Part shown: in pieces, positions 39,683 to 49,218 of the stretch
How positions within the stretch are numbered: position 1 is the first letter of the stretch
Layout: every line of letters starts with the position of its first letter
From: Burkholderiales bacterium
GTDB lineage: Bacteria; Pseudomonadota; Gammaproteobacteria; Burkholderiales; JACQAP01
Assembly (NCBI GenBank): GCA_046155535.1
Contig: JBJXFN010000129.1
Span: forward strand, 9,659-73,658
DNA length: 64,000 bases
Direction: 5' to 3'
Notes under the pieces: generated by a model
What the model was told of the DNA's origin: nothing
Databases searched by the model: none
What the model saw: only the letters and a program-made list of their open reading frames with translations
Position numbers and translations under genes: made by a program

Positions 39683-39732
39683 GCTGCGTCTCCTTTGAAA
39701 AATTATCGACTGCGCGATTTTCACGGTCACGG

Positions 39733-40170
39733 CTACTCCAGATTGCGGACCACGAAGCGGAAATCTACCGCTTCCGCGCTGGGTGAAACCGTGGATACCG
39801 TGTGGCGGGTCTTGCCGTAGAGCAATTCGGGTTTCCAGGTTTCCTCCGCCCAGGCTCTCATGCCTTCCTTGTCCAGCCAGCGGAAGCGCCAGGTCAAACG
39901 CCGATCGTCCTTGCTCCGGTTCATGAGATCGACCTCGATACGCAGGCGATCTCCGCGATCGCTGCAACGCATTTCTATCACCTCCACGTCGGCGAGCGCA
40001 CCGGAGGATTCGACTTTGGCCTTGAGCAAGTCGTTGCTGTTCTTGATTTTCTTGTCGCCGCCCGTGGGGCAGCCCATGACGTAACCAGCTGGTTCGTAGC
40101 CTTTGCTCTGGCACCCGATCAGCGAGGCCGCCAGAAAAAACAGGGCAAGAAATTTTCGGATCATGTCCAT
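39733..40170 (-). CDS. YcfL-family (DUF1425) lipoprotein
   Basis: MDMIRKFLALFFLAASLIGC lipobox. RLTWRFRWLDKEGM. Adjacent to lpoB, as in enterobacterial ycfL-lpoB. Confidence 0.65.
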   Translation of the reverse strand: MDMIRKFLALFFLAASLIGCQSKGYEPAGYVMGCPTGGDKKIKNSNDLLKAKVESSGALADVEVIEMRCSDRGDRLRIEVDLMNRSKDDRRLTWRFRWLDKEGMRAWAEETWKPELLYGKTRHTVSTVSPSAEAVDFRFVVRNLE

Positions 40171-40190
40171 CGTCCTTTCAGAATGAAGGG

Positions 40191-41639
40191 TTACCACAAT
40201 GCCTGCGCGAAGGAAAACGTTGACCGAGCCTCGCGGATTTTCGTTTCGTCACTTGGCGGCAGCATGAAGACACGGCCACCCAGGACCCGGATACTCACCA
40301 CAGCATGGGCACCGGTCAGGTCGACTTCGACGGAATCCACACCACTTGCGGTGCGGATGCGCAGTCGTTGCTTCCCCATGGTAACCCGCCCGCGGGCAAT
40401 CGAAATTTGTGCTGGCAAGGTGCGCCACCCGCGTTCATCCGCGGATTCGGTCAACAAGCCTCCCAGCGCAACGGCCAGTTCCGCCAGACCTTGCGGGTCG
40501 CTCTTTTTGGCCTGCTTCTGCATGGCGGCTTTCACCGTGGAACGAATGATACCGCGCAGCATGATCCCCGGCAGGTCGTCTTGCAAAGCCCGCCGCGCCA
40601 TGGCATCGATACTGGTGAGTGGTGTCACCGCCAGCGTGCCGTTGCCGTCGATGTCGATGGATTCCGGCATCGCGCCAATTTCCGCCGATCGCAACACCGG
40701 GAAAGAGACGGGGAACCAAACCAGATCGTTCCCGGATGGGATCGGAAGATTGAATCCGCGGGACTGGCGGCCGGGTGCCAGCCCGGTTTCGATCACCACC
40801 AGCAAATCGGTCTGGCCGTCGTCCGCTTGCGGTCGATCGAGGCTTTCCAGTGCGCGTTCGAGCAGCGGCTGATTCGGCTGGAGTTCGATGGCCTGCCGGT
40901 AACCTGCGGCGGCAAGCCCGGGTTCCCCCAGCGCCTCATAGACATACCCGGCCAGGTAATGACTGAAGGCGGATTGGTAACTATTGCGCAATGCGGCGAC
41001 TTCCGGCGTGTCCAGGGTGGCGACCGGATAGCCGTTCAACTCGCGGTACTGCGTCTTGGCGCCGCGGGATTTGGCCTCGCGCTCGACTTCCTCGACTTGC
41101 CGGGCACGAAGATTTGCGATCACGGCTTCACGCTCGTGGGTTTTCTTGATTTCCACCCGGGCGTTGTCCCAGTCGCCCTGAGCGAGTTGGTTCATCGCGA
41201 TCCGGGTGGTGAGCATCACCTTCTCGTAGTCGTGCCCCTCGTAAGGGCGCAGCTTTTCGTTGACCGCGTAGGCAGCCGCGCCGGCGAGCAGTTTCGCCGG
41301 GTCACTGCGGGCGGCGCTTTCCCACGCCTGAACCATGGCGTCCGCTTTTCTCCACGCAGCCTGGCTGTCCGCGAGATTGCCTTGCAGGCGCTGCAATTCC
41401 CCCAATTCCATGAAATGCAACAGATCATTTTGCGAAGCCTTGCCACGCGATTCCAGCGAGCCGATCGCCGCCTGCAGGCGCCCGGCACTGGCGAGGGCAA
41501 TGGTGTCGGACAGTTCAACGTCGTAACTGCGCAATGCCGCGCAACCGGCACACGCCAGCGCAACCGCGGTCAGGCCCGCGGTCAGAGACCGCCGGGGATC
41601 CGCTTCCGGGGCCCGGGTGCGGGCGGCGGTACGTCTCAT
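40191..41639 (-). CDS. Large putative lipoprotein co-transcribed with ycfL-lpoB (family not confidently recognised)
   Basis: 482 aa. N-terminal LTAVALACAGC lipobox-like. The start of ycfL lies about 20 nt after its stop. Confidence 0.6.
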   Translation of the reverse strand: MRRTAARTRAPEADPRRSLTAGLTAVALACAGCAALRSYDVELSDTIALASAGRLQAAIGSLESRGKASQNDLLHFMELGELQRLQGNLADSQAAWRKADAMVQAWESAARSDPAKLLAGAAAYAVNEKLRPYEGHDYEKVMLTTRIAMNQLAQGDWDNARVEIKKTHEREAVIANLRARQVEEVEREAKSRGAKTQYRELNGYPVATLDTPEVAALRNSYQSAFSHYLAGYVYEALGEPGLAAAGYRQAIELQPNQPLLERALESLDRPQADDGQTDLLVVIETGLAPGRQSRGFNLPIPSGNDLVWFPVSFPVLRSAEIGAMPESIDIDGNGTLAVTPLTSIDAMARRALQDDLPGIMLRGIIRSTVKAAMQKQAKKSDPQGLAELAVALGGLLTESADERGWRTLPAQISIARGRVTMGKQRLRIRTASGVDSVEVDLTGAHAVVSIRVLGGRVFMLPPSDETKIREARSTFSFAQALW

Positions 41640-41646
41640 GGGTCGA

Positions 41647-42174
41647 TCAATTGACCGTGTGGGGAGGGGTTTGTTCTTCCGGGGCCAACGGAGAAAACGC
41701 CGGCACCGCCAACGCGATGTCCCAATCGGCTTTGGCCGCCGTGTCCTGCATCAGTTTGAGCAGGCCGTGCAGCAGCGTGTCCCCGAGCGCCAGGTCGACA
41801 CCACTGCCCTGATGCGGCAGGAAGGACAAAACCGTTTGATTGCGCTGGTTGCGGCGCGCACGCACCTTCGCCACCAGCATGGGTGTGTCACCCTGTGGCA
41901 GTTCGCGCGCGGGTTCCTGAGGGGCCTTGGAGAATTTGACTTCCTGCAGGGCCTTCTCGTGCTGGAGTCCGAGCAATGCCTTGCGCGCCTCCGGGTTGGA
42001 TTGCATCTGGATCTCCGGTTTTGCCTGGGCCAGTTGAAGCAGCACCGGCCAGATGCGTTTGACCAGGCGACGGGTCATCCAGAAGCGAAATTCGGATGTC
42101 GCATTGAAGAACACCCGCATCAACATGCGGTCTTCCTCGGCGTGAAATTCGACAGTCAGGCGTTCAAGATTCAT
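41647..42174 (-). CDS. Hypothetical protein
   Basis: From ATG at 42174: MNLERLTVEFHAEEDRMLMRVFFNATSEFRFWMTRRLV... Ends 8 nt before the next gene. No family recognised. Confidence 0.5.
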   Translation of the reverse strand: MNLERLTVEFHAEEDRMLMRVFFNATSEFRFWMTRRLVKRIWPVLLQLAQAKPEIQMQSNPEARKALLGLQHEKALQEVKFSKAPQEPARELPQGDTPMLVAKVRARRNQRNQTVLSFLPHQGSGVDLALGDTLLHGLLKLMQDTAAKADWDIALAVPAFSPLAPEEQTPPHTVN

Positions 42175-42228
42175 GAAAACACTATAACCCGCCGCATTGC
42201 GACCGCAAATACGCAAGCGCAGCCGATG

Positions 42229-42627
42229 TCAGTCGTGTGTGTCGATCCGCACCACGCCAGCGTGCCGGGCCCAAAGTAGATACACATAACAGGCAAACAA
42301 GCCACCCACCAGATCGGCCAGCCAGTCGAGCAAAGAGGCATATCGTCCGGGCACGGACATCTGATGCCACTCGTCCAGGCCGCCGAGAACCGCGACCAGG
42401 AGGACCGCCAGCCACAGTCGGCTGTAACCCAGGCCGTGGGCAAGCAGTCCGGCAATGGCCGCGAAATAGCCGAAATGGACAAGCTTGTCGAAGGGTTCCG
42501 CGATCCATGGGGGCTGGTTGGAAACCTCGGCGCCGACGAACAGCCACATGCTCATCGCGGCACTCGCGATCAGGCAGAGGGCGCGACACCACGGGCTCCA
42601 CAATTTCTGCTGCCACCCTGCCATCAA
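42229..42627 (-). CDS. VanZ-family membrane protein
   Basis: 132 aa with four hydrophobic segments. FDKLVHFGYFAAIAGLL...LDEWHQ. Confidence 0.65.
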   Translation of the reverse strand: MMAGWQQKLWSPWCRALCLIASAAMSMWLFVGAEVSNQPPWIAEPFDKLVHFGYFAAIAGLLAHGLGYSRLWLAVLLVAVLGGLDEWHQMSVPGRYASLLDWLADLVGGLFACYVYLLWARHAGVVRIDTHD

Positions 42628-43721
42628 GGCACCCGGTACCGTCGTATCACGTCCGGATCCGGATCGAACCCGAGACCGGCGCCTTGCGGCACTTCGATAT
42701 TGCCGCCGCGGGGAATTGCGTGTTCTGCATAAAGCCTCGCCTCGAGATCAAAAAAGCGCCATTCGACCAGCGGGTTTGTGCCCAGTGCGGCGCTGGCATG
42801 CACTGCGGCGAGAAACGCCGGACCGTCGTAGAAGCTGTGCGGGATCACGGCCTGGCCATGGCCGGCCGCCAGCGCAAACACCTTTCGCAGTTCGGTGAGG
42901 CCGCCCATTTTCGCCGGACTGGGTTGCAGAATATCCACCGCGCCGGCTTCCAGCATCTGTCGATAGTGCACAAGGGTGGCGGCGTTTTCGCCGGCCGCGA
43001 GCGGAATGCCGCACTGGGCGCGCAGCCGGGCGAGTGTGCCGTGATCCTCGGGGGGCCACACGGGCTCCTCCAGCCAACGCAGCCCAACAGACTGGAGTAT
43101 TTCCGACATGGAGAGGGCCTCGTCGATTGTCCATGGGCAGTTCACGTCCAGCATGATGTCGATATCGCCACCGAGCGCCTCCCGCGCGGCCCGCACAGGC
43201 GGGACGTCGATTTCGTGCAACTTCACGGCGCGGAACCCCTGCGAGACCGCGCGCAGCGCATTTTCCACTACGACCGCGGGTTCGTTGTAGCGGATCAGGC
43301 TCGCATAACAGGGCAGCAATTTTTTCCCTCCGCCGAGCAAACGATGCACGGGTTGCCCGGAGGCCTTGCCGGCAATATCCCAGAGCGCAATATCAATGCC
43401 GGAGATGCCGTACACAATCGGACCGCCGCGCCCGAAGATATGCAACTTCTGCTGCAATTCAAGCATCAGCGATTCGATTTGCAGAGGATCCCGCCCGATG
43501 CACATCGGCGCCAGAATGCGTTCGATCACCGCACGCGTGGCGGGAATCACGTTGTAACCGAACGCTTCTCCCCAGCCTGTGATCCCCTCGTCGGTCGTCA
43601 CCTTGACCAGCAGCACGTCGGCGGTTTGCCACGCCTTGCCGCCCCACGCGGCGGCATCCGACGATCCGCCTGTGGAATAGGGTATGTGCAATTCAATCGT
43701 TTCGATACTGGCAATTTTCAT
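42624..43721 (-). CDS. Enolase-superfamily enzyme (mandelate racemase/muconate lactonizing family dehydratase)
   Basis: MKIASIETIELHIPY...ITGWGEA...KLHE...IMLDVNC...WLEEP...AAGEN. Confidence 0.85.
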   Translation of the reverse strand: MKIASIETIELHIPYSTGGSSDAAAWGGKAWQTADVLLVKVTTDEGITGWGEAFGYNVIPATRAVIERILAPMCIGRDPLQIESLMLELQQKLHIFGRGGPIVYGISGIDIALWDIAGKASGQPVHRLLGGGKKLLPCYASLIRYNEPAVVVENALRAVSQGFRAVKLHEIDVPPVRAAREALGGDIDIMLDVNCPWTIDEALSMSEILQSVGLRWLEEPVWPPEDHGTLARLRAQCGIPLAAGENAATLVHYRQMLEAGAVDILQPSPAKMGGLTELRKVFALAAGHGQAVIPHSFYDGPAFLAAVHASAALGTNPLVEWRFFDLEARLYAEHAIPRGGNIEVPQGAGLGFDPDPDVIRRYRVP

Positions 43722-43801
43722 TTGGAGATACCTGATGCCTTCTGCGACAAGGCGTAATCATATTCGCAGATGGCAATGATTTCCTGCCAACCCGGCCTGC
43801 C

Positions 43802-43819
43802 GCGTCACAAAGGCGTCAT
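43802..43819 (+). promoter_or_regulatory. Pho-box-like 7-4-7 direct repeat
   Basis: GCGTCAC-AAAG-GCGTCAT, about 150 nt upstream of the GTG at 43966. Confidence 0.3.
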
Positions 43820-43965
43820 TCCCGGGGATTAGTGTTGGCAGGGTGCGTTCCGTGTCACCGGTGTGGACGGACTTCACAAAAAGATCCTGAACACCTGGAA
43901 CGGACACGGGTTGCATGTGCGCGCGATCCGGTCGAGATTTATCAACCCTGCATTGAGGAGTTCTT

Positions 43966-45405
43966 GTGAAAAAAAGAATGGCATTCCTGATGGTGGCGGC
44001 AGCCACCCTGTTTCCCGCCGGTGTCATGGCGGTCGAGCCGGCTGTGCCGGCCATCACTTTCAGCAAGCTGTGGACCCATAGCCACACTGCGATTCCGGGC
44101 CAGGTGTCGGAGATTTCGGCATTTGACCGCAAGACCAATACCCTCTGGGTCGCCGGCGTTGTGGGCGTCGACGTGCTGGATGCCGGCACGGGAGAACTGG
44201 TCGAGCATATCGACATCACTTCCTATGGCGCCATCAATAGCGTGGCGATCCACAACGGACTCGCCGCGTTTGCCGTCGAGGCGGCGCCCGATCGGCGCAA
44301 TCCGGGCATGGTTCTGTTCTACGATACCCGGACGCGCCTGCACAGCGGACCGATCAACGCGGTGCCGGTGGGCCCGCTGCCGGACATGCTGACCTTCACC
44401 CACAACGGTCGCAAACTGCTGGTGGCCAATGAGGGAACTCCCAATGCGGTGGCGGACACGCCTTATGTCAGCCCCGATCCGGCGGGCAGCGTGAGCATCA
44501 TCGACGTGGAGACCCGCAGTGTAATTGCAACGGCGACTCTGGCCGGCGTGCCGGTGAGCGGTGACAATGCCCGCACCAACACCGGGATGGATTTCGAGCC
44601 CGAATACATCGCGGTGGACGAGGATGACAGGAAGGCCTACGTGACCCTCCAGGAAGGCAATGCGATGGCAGTGCTGGATCTCAGGCGCCACGAGTTCACC
44701 AGGGTGTTCGGCCTCGGCGCGAAGGATTTCAGCCAGCCCGGCAATCAGATCGACCCGCTCGACACTGTTCCGCCCGTCGTGGGTTTCCTCTCGCCCGATG
44801 CCAAAGGCCTTTACATGCCGGACGGGCTTGCCGTCTATGAACGGCGTGGCAAGACCTACCTGGTCATGGCCAACGAAGGCGATTTTCGCGAAGACAATGC
44901 CGATCGCGTCGCGGCCAGCACGTTGGGCGCGGTGGCGCCCCTGAACCGCCTGCGTGTGTCCAGTGCGGACTCTTCCGCCGGCAATCTGTTCGCGGCCGGC
45001 GCGCGCTCGTTTTCCATTCGCAATGAAGACGGCGGACTGGTCTACGACAGCGGCGATTTCCTCGACAAGAAAGCCGCCGAACTGGGCATCTACGACGACA
45101 GCCGCAGCCGCGACAAGGGTGTGGAGCCGGAAGGCGTGGCATTGCTCGATATTGCCGGCCGCACCTATGCCTTCATCGGCCTGGAGCGCACGCTCAAGGG
45201 GGCGGTGGCGGTGTTCGACATTACCCGGCCAACCGAGGTCCGCTTTGTGGACATCATTGTCACGGATGGCGACGTGTCGCCCGAAGGTCTGGCAGCCTAT
45301 CAGTACCGGGGCGATTTTTTCCTGGCAATCGCCAATGAAGTTTCGCGCACCACAACGCTGTACAAGATCGAAAAGGCGCGCCGGCATTCCGAGCACGACG
45401 ACTGA
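43966..45405 (+). CDS. Secreted beta-propeller protein of the choice-of-anchor I / phytase-like esterase family (some members are annotated as atypical alkaline phosphatases)
   Basis: GAGGAG then GTG at 43966. Signal peptide MKKRMAFLMVAAATLFPAGVMA. PDMLTFTHNGRKLLVANEG, EPEYIAVD, PDGLAVY...YLVMANEGD, EPEGVAL. Confidence 0.7.
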   Translation: MKKRMAFLMVAAATLFPAGVMAVEPAVPAITFSKLWTHSHTAIPGQVSEISAFDRKTNTLWVAGVVGVDVLDAGTGELVEHIDITSYGAINSVAIHNGLAAFAVEAAPDRRNPGMVLFYDTRTRLHSGPINAVPVGPLPDMLTFTHNGRKLLVANEGTPNAVADTPYVSPDPAGSVSIIDVETRSVIATATLAGVPVSGDNARTNTGMDFEPEYIAVDEDDRKAYVTLQEGNAMAVLDLRRHEFTRVFGLGAKDFSQPGNQIDPLDTVPPVVGFLSPDAKGLYMPDGLAVYERRGKTYLVMANEGDFREDNADRVAASTLGAVAPLNRLRVSSADSSAGNLFAAGARSFSIRNEDGGLVYDSGDFLDKKAAELGIYDDSRSRDKGVEPEGVALLDIAGRTYAFIGLERTLKGAVAVFDITRPTEVRFVDIIVTDGDVSPEGLAAYQYRGDFFLAIANEVSRTTTLYKIEKARRHSEHDD

Positions 45406-45722
45406 CGCAATAGATCGGGGCCATCGGCGTCCTGCCGGGCGCCGGGGGCCCCGCACACTTATCCCTGTCAGGTAACAAAAAGTGCGGGGAAGCCCATTTG
45501 CTCTCGACTGTCAAAGTGGTCGGACGGGAAATCTCCACGCTTGCGGTGCCACGGTGACGCCACAGTGAAGATGTTGCCCGGGTCCCCGATTCATAAAAGG
45601 GACCTGGCGATGGATACCCCGGAGGTCTTGGGTGCCGTGGAAAGAAGCAATATTTCGACGTCGACGATTTGCCTGCCGCACACACCATGGTCCGTCGCCC
45701 ATGGCCTGAAGTCCACCGGCTG

Positions 45723-46439
45723 CTAGACCGGCGGAAATGCCAGATCAGACGCACCTGACGCCGTTGGACGGTCTTTGACCGGCGCCTTGTTCAGCGGGTT
45801 CTCGCAAAGCCGGCGCGAGACCAGGACACATGCGACGGCAGCCGTCAATGGCAACAGCCAGCGGCCCCCGGATTCCATGAAGACCATTAGCGTGACCATA
45901 CCAGACTCCTGAAGCGCGGCCCCTCGCCGCAAAGCGGCTTCGAAGAATGCGAGTTGTTGTCCGCCTACCAGCAGCACAGGCGTACTGAGCGCAAGAATCG
46001 GTGGCGTGACGGCGATCGCAAGTGTCATGCGCATGACCGCTTCCCGGTTGCCTGAAAAAGGCCAACTGATGATCCCCGCCATCAACAGCACCAACGGAAC
46101 CAGTGCATGGTCGACGCTGACAGTGATCGGCGGCAGTGAAACGAATGGCCGCAACGCCAGTTGATCGGTCAGCGGCACCGCGTGCAGCAGGAACGCTGTC
46201 ATCTGGATGGCCGATTGCCCCTTGTATTCCATCCATTGCAGGCTGCCTGTGAAATCCTGCTGCAGCAGGCGGATGACCGTTTCATAAAACGGCAGAAGCA
46301 ACACGGTGAGAGGACGTTGCGCGAAATATATGGTCAAACACACGGTCATCCACGCGAGCACCGTGCGAATGGCCAGATGCACCGCGAAGCGACCATTCCG
46401 GCACGCACCGCCGATTCCGCCAGCGTCCGGATGCATCAT
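45723..46439 (-). CDS. Polytopic membrane protein immediately downstream of the exosortase (possible XrtH partner)
   Basis: 238 aa with several hydrophobic segments. Starts 19 nt after the exosortase stop. Confidence 0.6.
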   Translation of the reverse strand: MMHPDAGGIGGACRNGRFAVHLAIRTVLAWMTVCLTIYFAQRPLTVLLLPFYETVIRLLQQDFTGSLQWMEYKGQSAIQMTAFLLHAVPLTDQLALRPFVSLPPITVSVDHALVPLVLLMAGIISWPFSGNREAVMRMTLAIAVTPPILALSTPVLLVGGQQLAFFEAALRRGAALQESGMVTLMVFMESGGRWLLPLTAAVACVLVSRRLCENPLNKAPVKDRPTASGASDLAFPPV

Positions 46440-46458
46440 TGCAGAGTTACGACTCCCG

Positions 46459-46986
46459 TCATGGTTCGGATCTCCGTTGCGTGCCTGGCGCCCAGGTTGT
46501 CCACCAAAGGAAGAACAGGATGCCCGTCACGATCATCAGCATCGGCACGAAGTAATTGTGCAGGGGGCCGAACCATTCGCCCCGATAGGCAACGACAAAA
46601 TAGAGTGCGATCACCCGCAGTTCGTTGAGAATATAGATCAGCAGCATTCCGCCCAGAATGCCCAGCAACTTCTTTCTGAAACCAGCATTCGAGGCAGTCA
46701 TTGCGGCAACGAGTAGAAACATCACTCCGGCGCCATCACACCCGCGCACGATTTCCAGCGACGCCCTGGCTGAATGAAGGGATCCGGCGTTGGCGGATAC
46801 CGCCTCAAGAGGGGCGAAGAAGTTCAGCAGCCCGGCCGCGGGCAGGACGATACCGTAGTAATGCACGCCGTTGCGAAGCATGTGGTCCGGCAACGCGAAG
46901 TACAGAAAATGCAGGAGCCCGTAAACCGCCGGAAAGACCAGCAGGAATACCCATGGCTTCGTCTGCTTAGTGTCGTTCGACCGCAT
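46459..46986 (-). CDS. xrtH: Short exosortase-family protein, XrtH-like
   Basis: From ATG at 46986 (175 aa). Exosortase Cys/Arg/His signature: LEIVRGCDGAGVMFLL, ILNELRVIALYFV, WFGPLHNYFVPM. An IPTLxxWG-type substrate gene lies at 58594. Confidence 0.7.
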   Translation of the reverse strand: MRSNDTKQTKPWVFLLVFPAVYGLLHFLYFALPDHMLRNGVHYYGIVLPAAGLLNFFAPLEAVSANAGSLHSARASLEIVRGCDGAGVMFLLVAAMTASNAGFRKKLLGILGGMLLIYILNELRVIALYFVVAYRGEWFGPLHNYFVPMLMIVTGILFFLWWTTWAPGTQRRSEP

Positions 46987-47445
46987 CGTGAACGCTCGCG
47001 AAACCGTTATTGTCCGTTGGGCTGATCGCGTTGATTGAAGTGGCCAGGCGGAGTTGTATCGTTTGTCGAAACGAATCTCAAACTGGCGCAAGCACCACAC
47101 GGAGAAATGGCCGTTTACCTTTGAAGCCAGCCGACCGAACGACGCCAATAGCGGGTCGATACATTCCATCCGCGGCTCGTGAAAGACGAAGAGCCGCCCC
47201 ATCCATCTTCCTCGGCGCCACCGGGACGAAAGGCGGGACATCTATAACACGGCCACGAAGCCACCAAGAAAACTGGCTTTCGGCAGACACCTGGCAATCT
47301 TAGATCGCGTCCTGTTTCAGTCGCATTACGGACACTGGTTCATGACATTCTCGTGAAGGCCATTTCACGGGTCTGTCATCTGTGGCGCGTAAATTCCAAA
47401 TGGATGTCCACAGTGGCGGGATTGGCCCGATAAGAGAGCCCCGGC

Positions 47446-47910
47446 GTGGCAGAAGAGGACGGATCAGTGCGCGCGTCGCAAATACGAATCAAACATAAAA
47501 CTGCAACATGGGGTCGGGGTTTCACGCTGCTCGAGCTGCTGGTGGTCATGGTCATCATCGGCCTGCTGGCCGGCTACGTGGGACCCCGCTACTTTGCGCA
47601 GATCGGCAAGTCGGAAGTCAAGACCGCACGTGCGCAGATCGACGCTTTCGAGAAGGCGCTCGATCAGTATCGGCTGGATACCGGGCGCTATCCCGTCAGC
47701 GATCAGGGGCTTGCATCATTAATGACGAAACCGGACAGTGAAACGAAATGGGCGGGACCTTATCTCAAGAAAGCCGTGCCATCGGATCCTTGGGGTAACC
47801 CTTATGTCTATCGGGCACCTGGTGAGCATGGCGAATTCGATCTGTTTTCGCACGGCAAGGATGGCAAGCCCGGCGGTACCGGTGAAGCCGCGGACATCAC
47901 CAACTGGTAA
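47446..47910 (+). CDS. gspG: Type II secretion major pseudopilin GspG-like
   Basis: Prepilin motif WGRG/FTLLELLVVMVIIGLLA, then GspG body DQYRLDTGRYP...WGNPYVY...GKDGKPGGTGEAADITNW. Start uncertain (ATG at 47446 or GTG at 47467). Confidence 0.85.
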   Translation: MAEEDGSVRASQIRIKHKTATWGRGFTLLELLVVMVIIGLLAGYVGPRYFAQIGKSEVKTARAQIDAFEKALDQYRLDTGRYPVSDQGLASLMTKPDSETKWAGPYLKKAVPSDPWGNPYVYRAPGEHGEFDLFSHGKDGKPGGTGEAADITNW

Positions 47911-48027
47911 GCGCATGAGTGGGCAGGGCACTGGCGTCAACAAGGTATGGGGCAATACGTTCCGTGCCTCTGCTTACCCGCATAGGACGTGCTCGTCCTC
48001 GATCGGAAACAGTCGTTCGACGATAAC

Positions 48028-49218
48028 ATGAAATTTCAGATCAAGGCATTACAGGCGTCCGGTGGGGTGGTGTCGACCAGCTTCGAAGCGAGTGACGAGG
48101 CGGATGCCCTGCGCCAGGCACGCGGTGGCGGCTTGCTTGTGCTGGCACTCCGGCGAGAGTCGTCCTGGACGCCGGCGGTACTGCGTCGCAATGCGCGATT
48201 TCCCCTGGGATTGTTCTCGCAGGAATTGCTGTCTCTCCTTGAGGCCGGTCTGACCCTGGTGGAAGCCATCGAGGGACTTGCCGAAAAGGAATCGCAGAAC
48301 GCGAGCCGGACCGTACTCGAACATTTGAGGACGCAACTGCACCAGGGCCGAACACTGTCGCAGGCCATGGACGACCTTCCGCAGACTTTTCCCGCACTGT
48401 TTGTCGCCACGGTGCGTGCCACCGAACGCACCGGTGATCTGCCGGACGCGCTGCGCCGCTATATCGCCTACCAGTCGCAGCTCGACCTGGTGCGCAAGAA
48501 AATCGTCAGCGCTTCAATCTACCCGATGGTGCTGATGGGGGCAGGAGTCCTGGTGATGCTGTTCCTGCTGGGCTACGTGGTGCCGAAATTCAGCCATGTC
48601 TATGAAGACATTCATGGCGACCTGCCCCTGCTTTCGCGCGCGTTGCTGCAAGCCGGCCAGTTCCTCGATGCGCATGGGCCCGGCATGGCGCTCCTTTTTG
48701 TGGTTGCCGTGACGTTGACAGTGCGATGGCTGAGGCGTCCCGCCCTACGTGCCTGGATCGGCGCAACTCTCCGGAAGTTTCCCGCGGTCGGTGAACGCAT
48801 GCGAGTTTATCAACTGGCGCGCTTCTATCGCACGCTTGGCATGTTGCTGCGCGGCGGCACTCCCGTGGTTTCGGCACTGGACATGGCCTCGGGATTGTTG
48901 TCCCCGCTGTTGCGCGCGCGTTTGAGCGCGGCGGCGCTGGCAATTCGCGAAGGCAGGACCATTTCCGAGGCGATGTCGGCGCACCAACTGACCACCCCGG
49001 TGGCGCTGCGCATGCTACGCGTGGGCGAACGCACCGGGCGCATGGACGACATGATGGAGCGCATCGCCGCCTTCTACGACGACGAAATATCGCGCTGGGT
49101 GGACTGGTTCACGCGACTGTTCGAGCCGCTGCTGATGGCCTTCATCGGCGTGGTGATCGGCGCCATTGTCGTGCTGATGTATCTGCCGGTGTTCGAACTG
49201 GCCGGGAGCATCCAGTGA
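48028..49218 (+). CDS. gspF: Type II secretion / type IV pilus platform protein GspF/PilC family
   Basis: Two T2SS-F repeats (FSQELLSLLEAGLTLVEAI... and FYRTLGMLLRGGTPVVSAL). Three TM segments. Confidence 0.9.
   Translation: MKFQIKALQASGGVVSTSFEASDEADALRQARGGGLLVLALRRESSWTPAVLRRNARFPLGLFSQELLSLLEAGLTLVEAIEGLAEKESQNASRTVLEHLRTQLHQGRTLSQAMDDLPQTFPALFVATVRATERTGDLPDALRRYIAYQSQLDLVRKKIVSASIYPMVLMGAGVLVMLFLLGYVVPKFSHVYEDIHGDLPLLSRALLQAGQFLDAHGPGMALLFVVAVTLTVRWLRRPALRAWIGATLRKFPAVGERMRVYQLARFYRTLGMLLRGGTPVVSALDMASGLLSPLLRARLSAAALAIREGRTISEAMSAHQLTTPVALRMLRVGERTGRMDDMMERIAAFYDDEISRWVDWFTRLFEPLLMAFIGVVIGAIVVLMYLPVFELAGSIQ

Noticed and set aside
45406-45722. Small ORFs (45541-45726 on the forward strand, 45511-45702 on the reverse strand) and an 8-bp-stem hairpin (45449-45489) in the gap between the propeller-protein gene and the exosortase operon.
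   Set aside because: The ORFs lack SD sequences and have atypical composition. The hairpin has a 25-nt loop and no T-run, so it is a weak terminator candidate at best.
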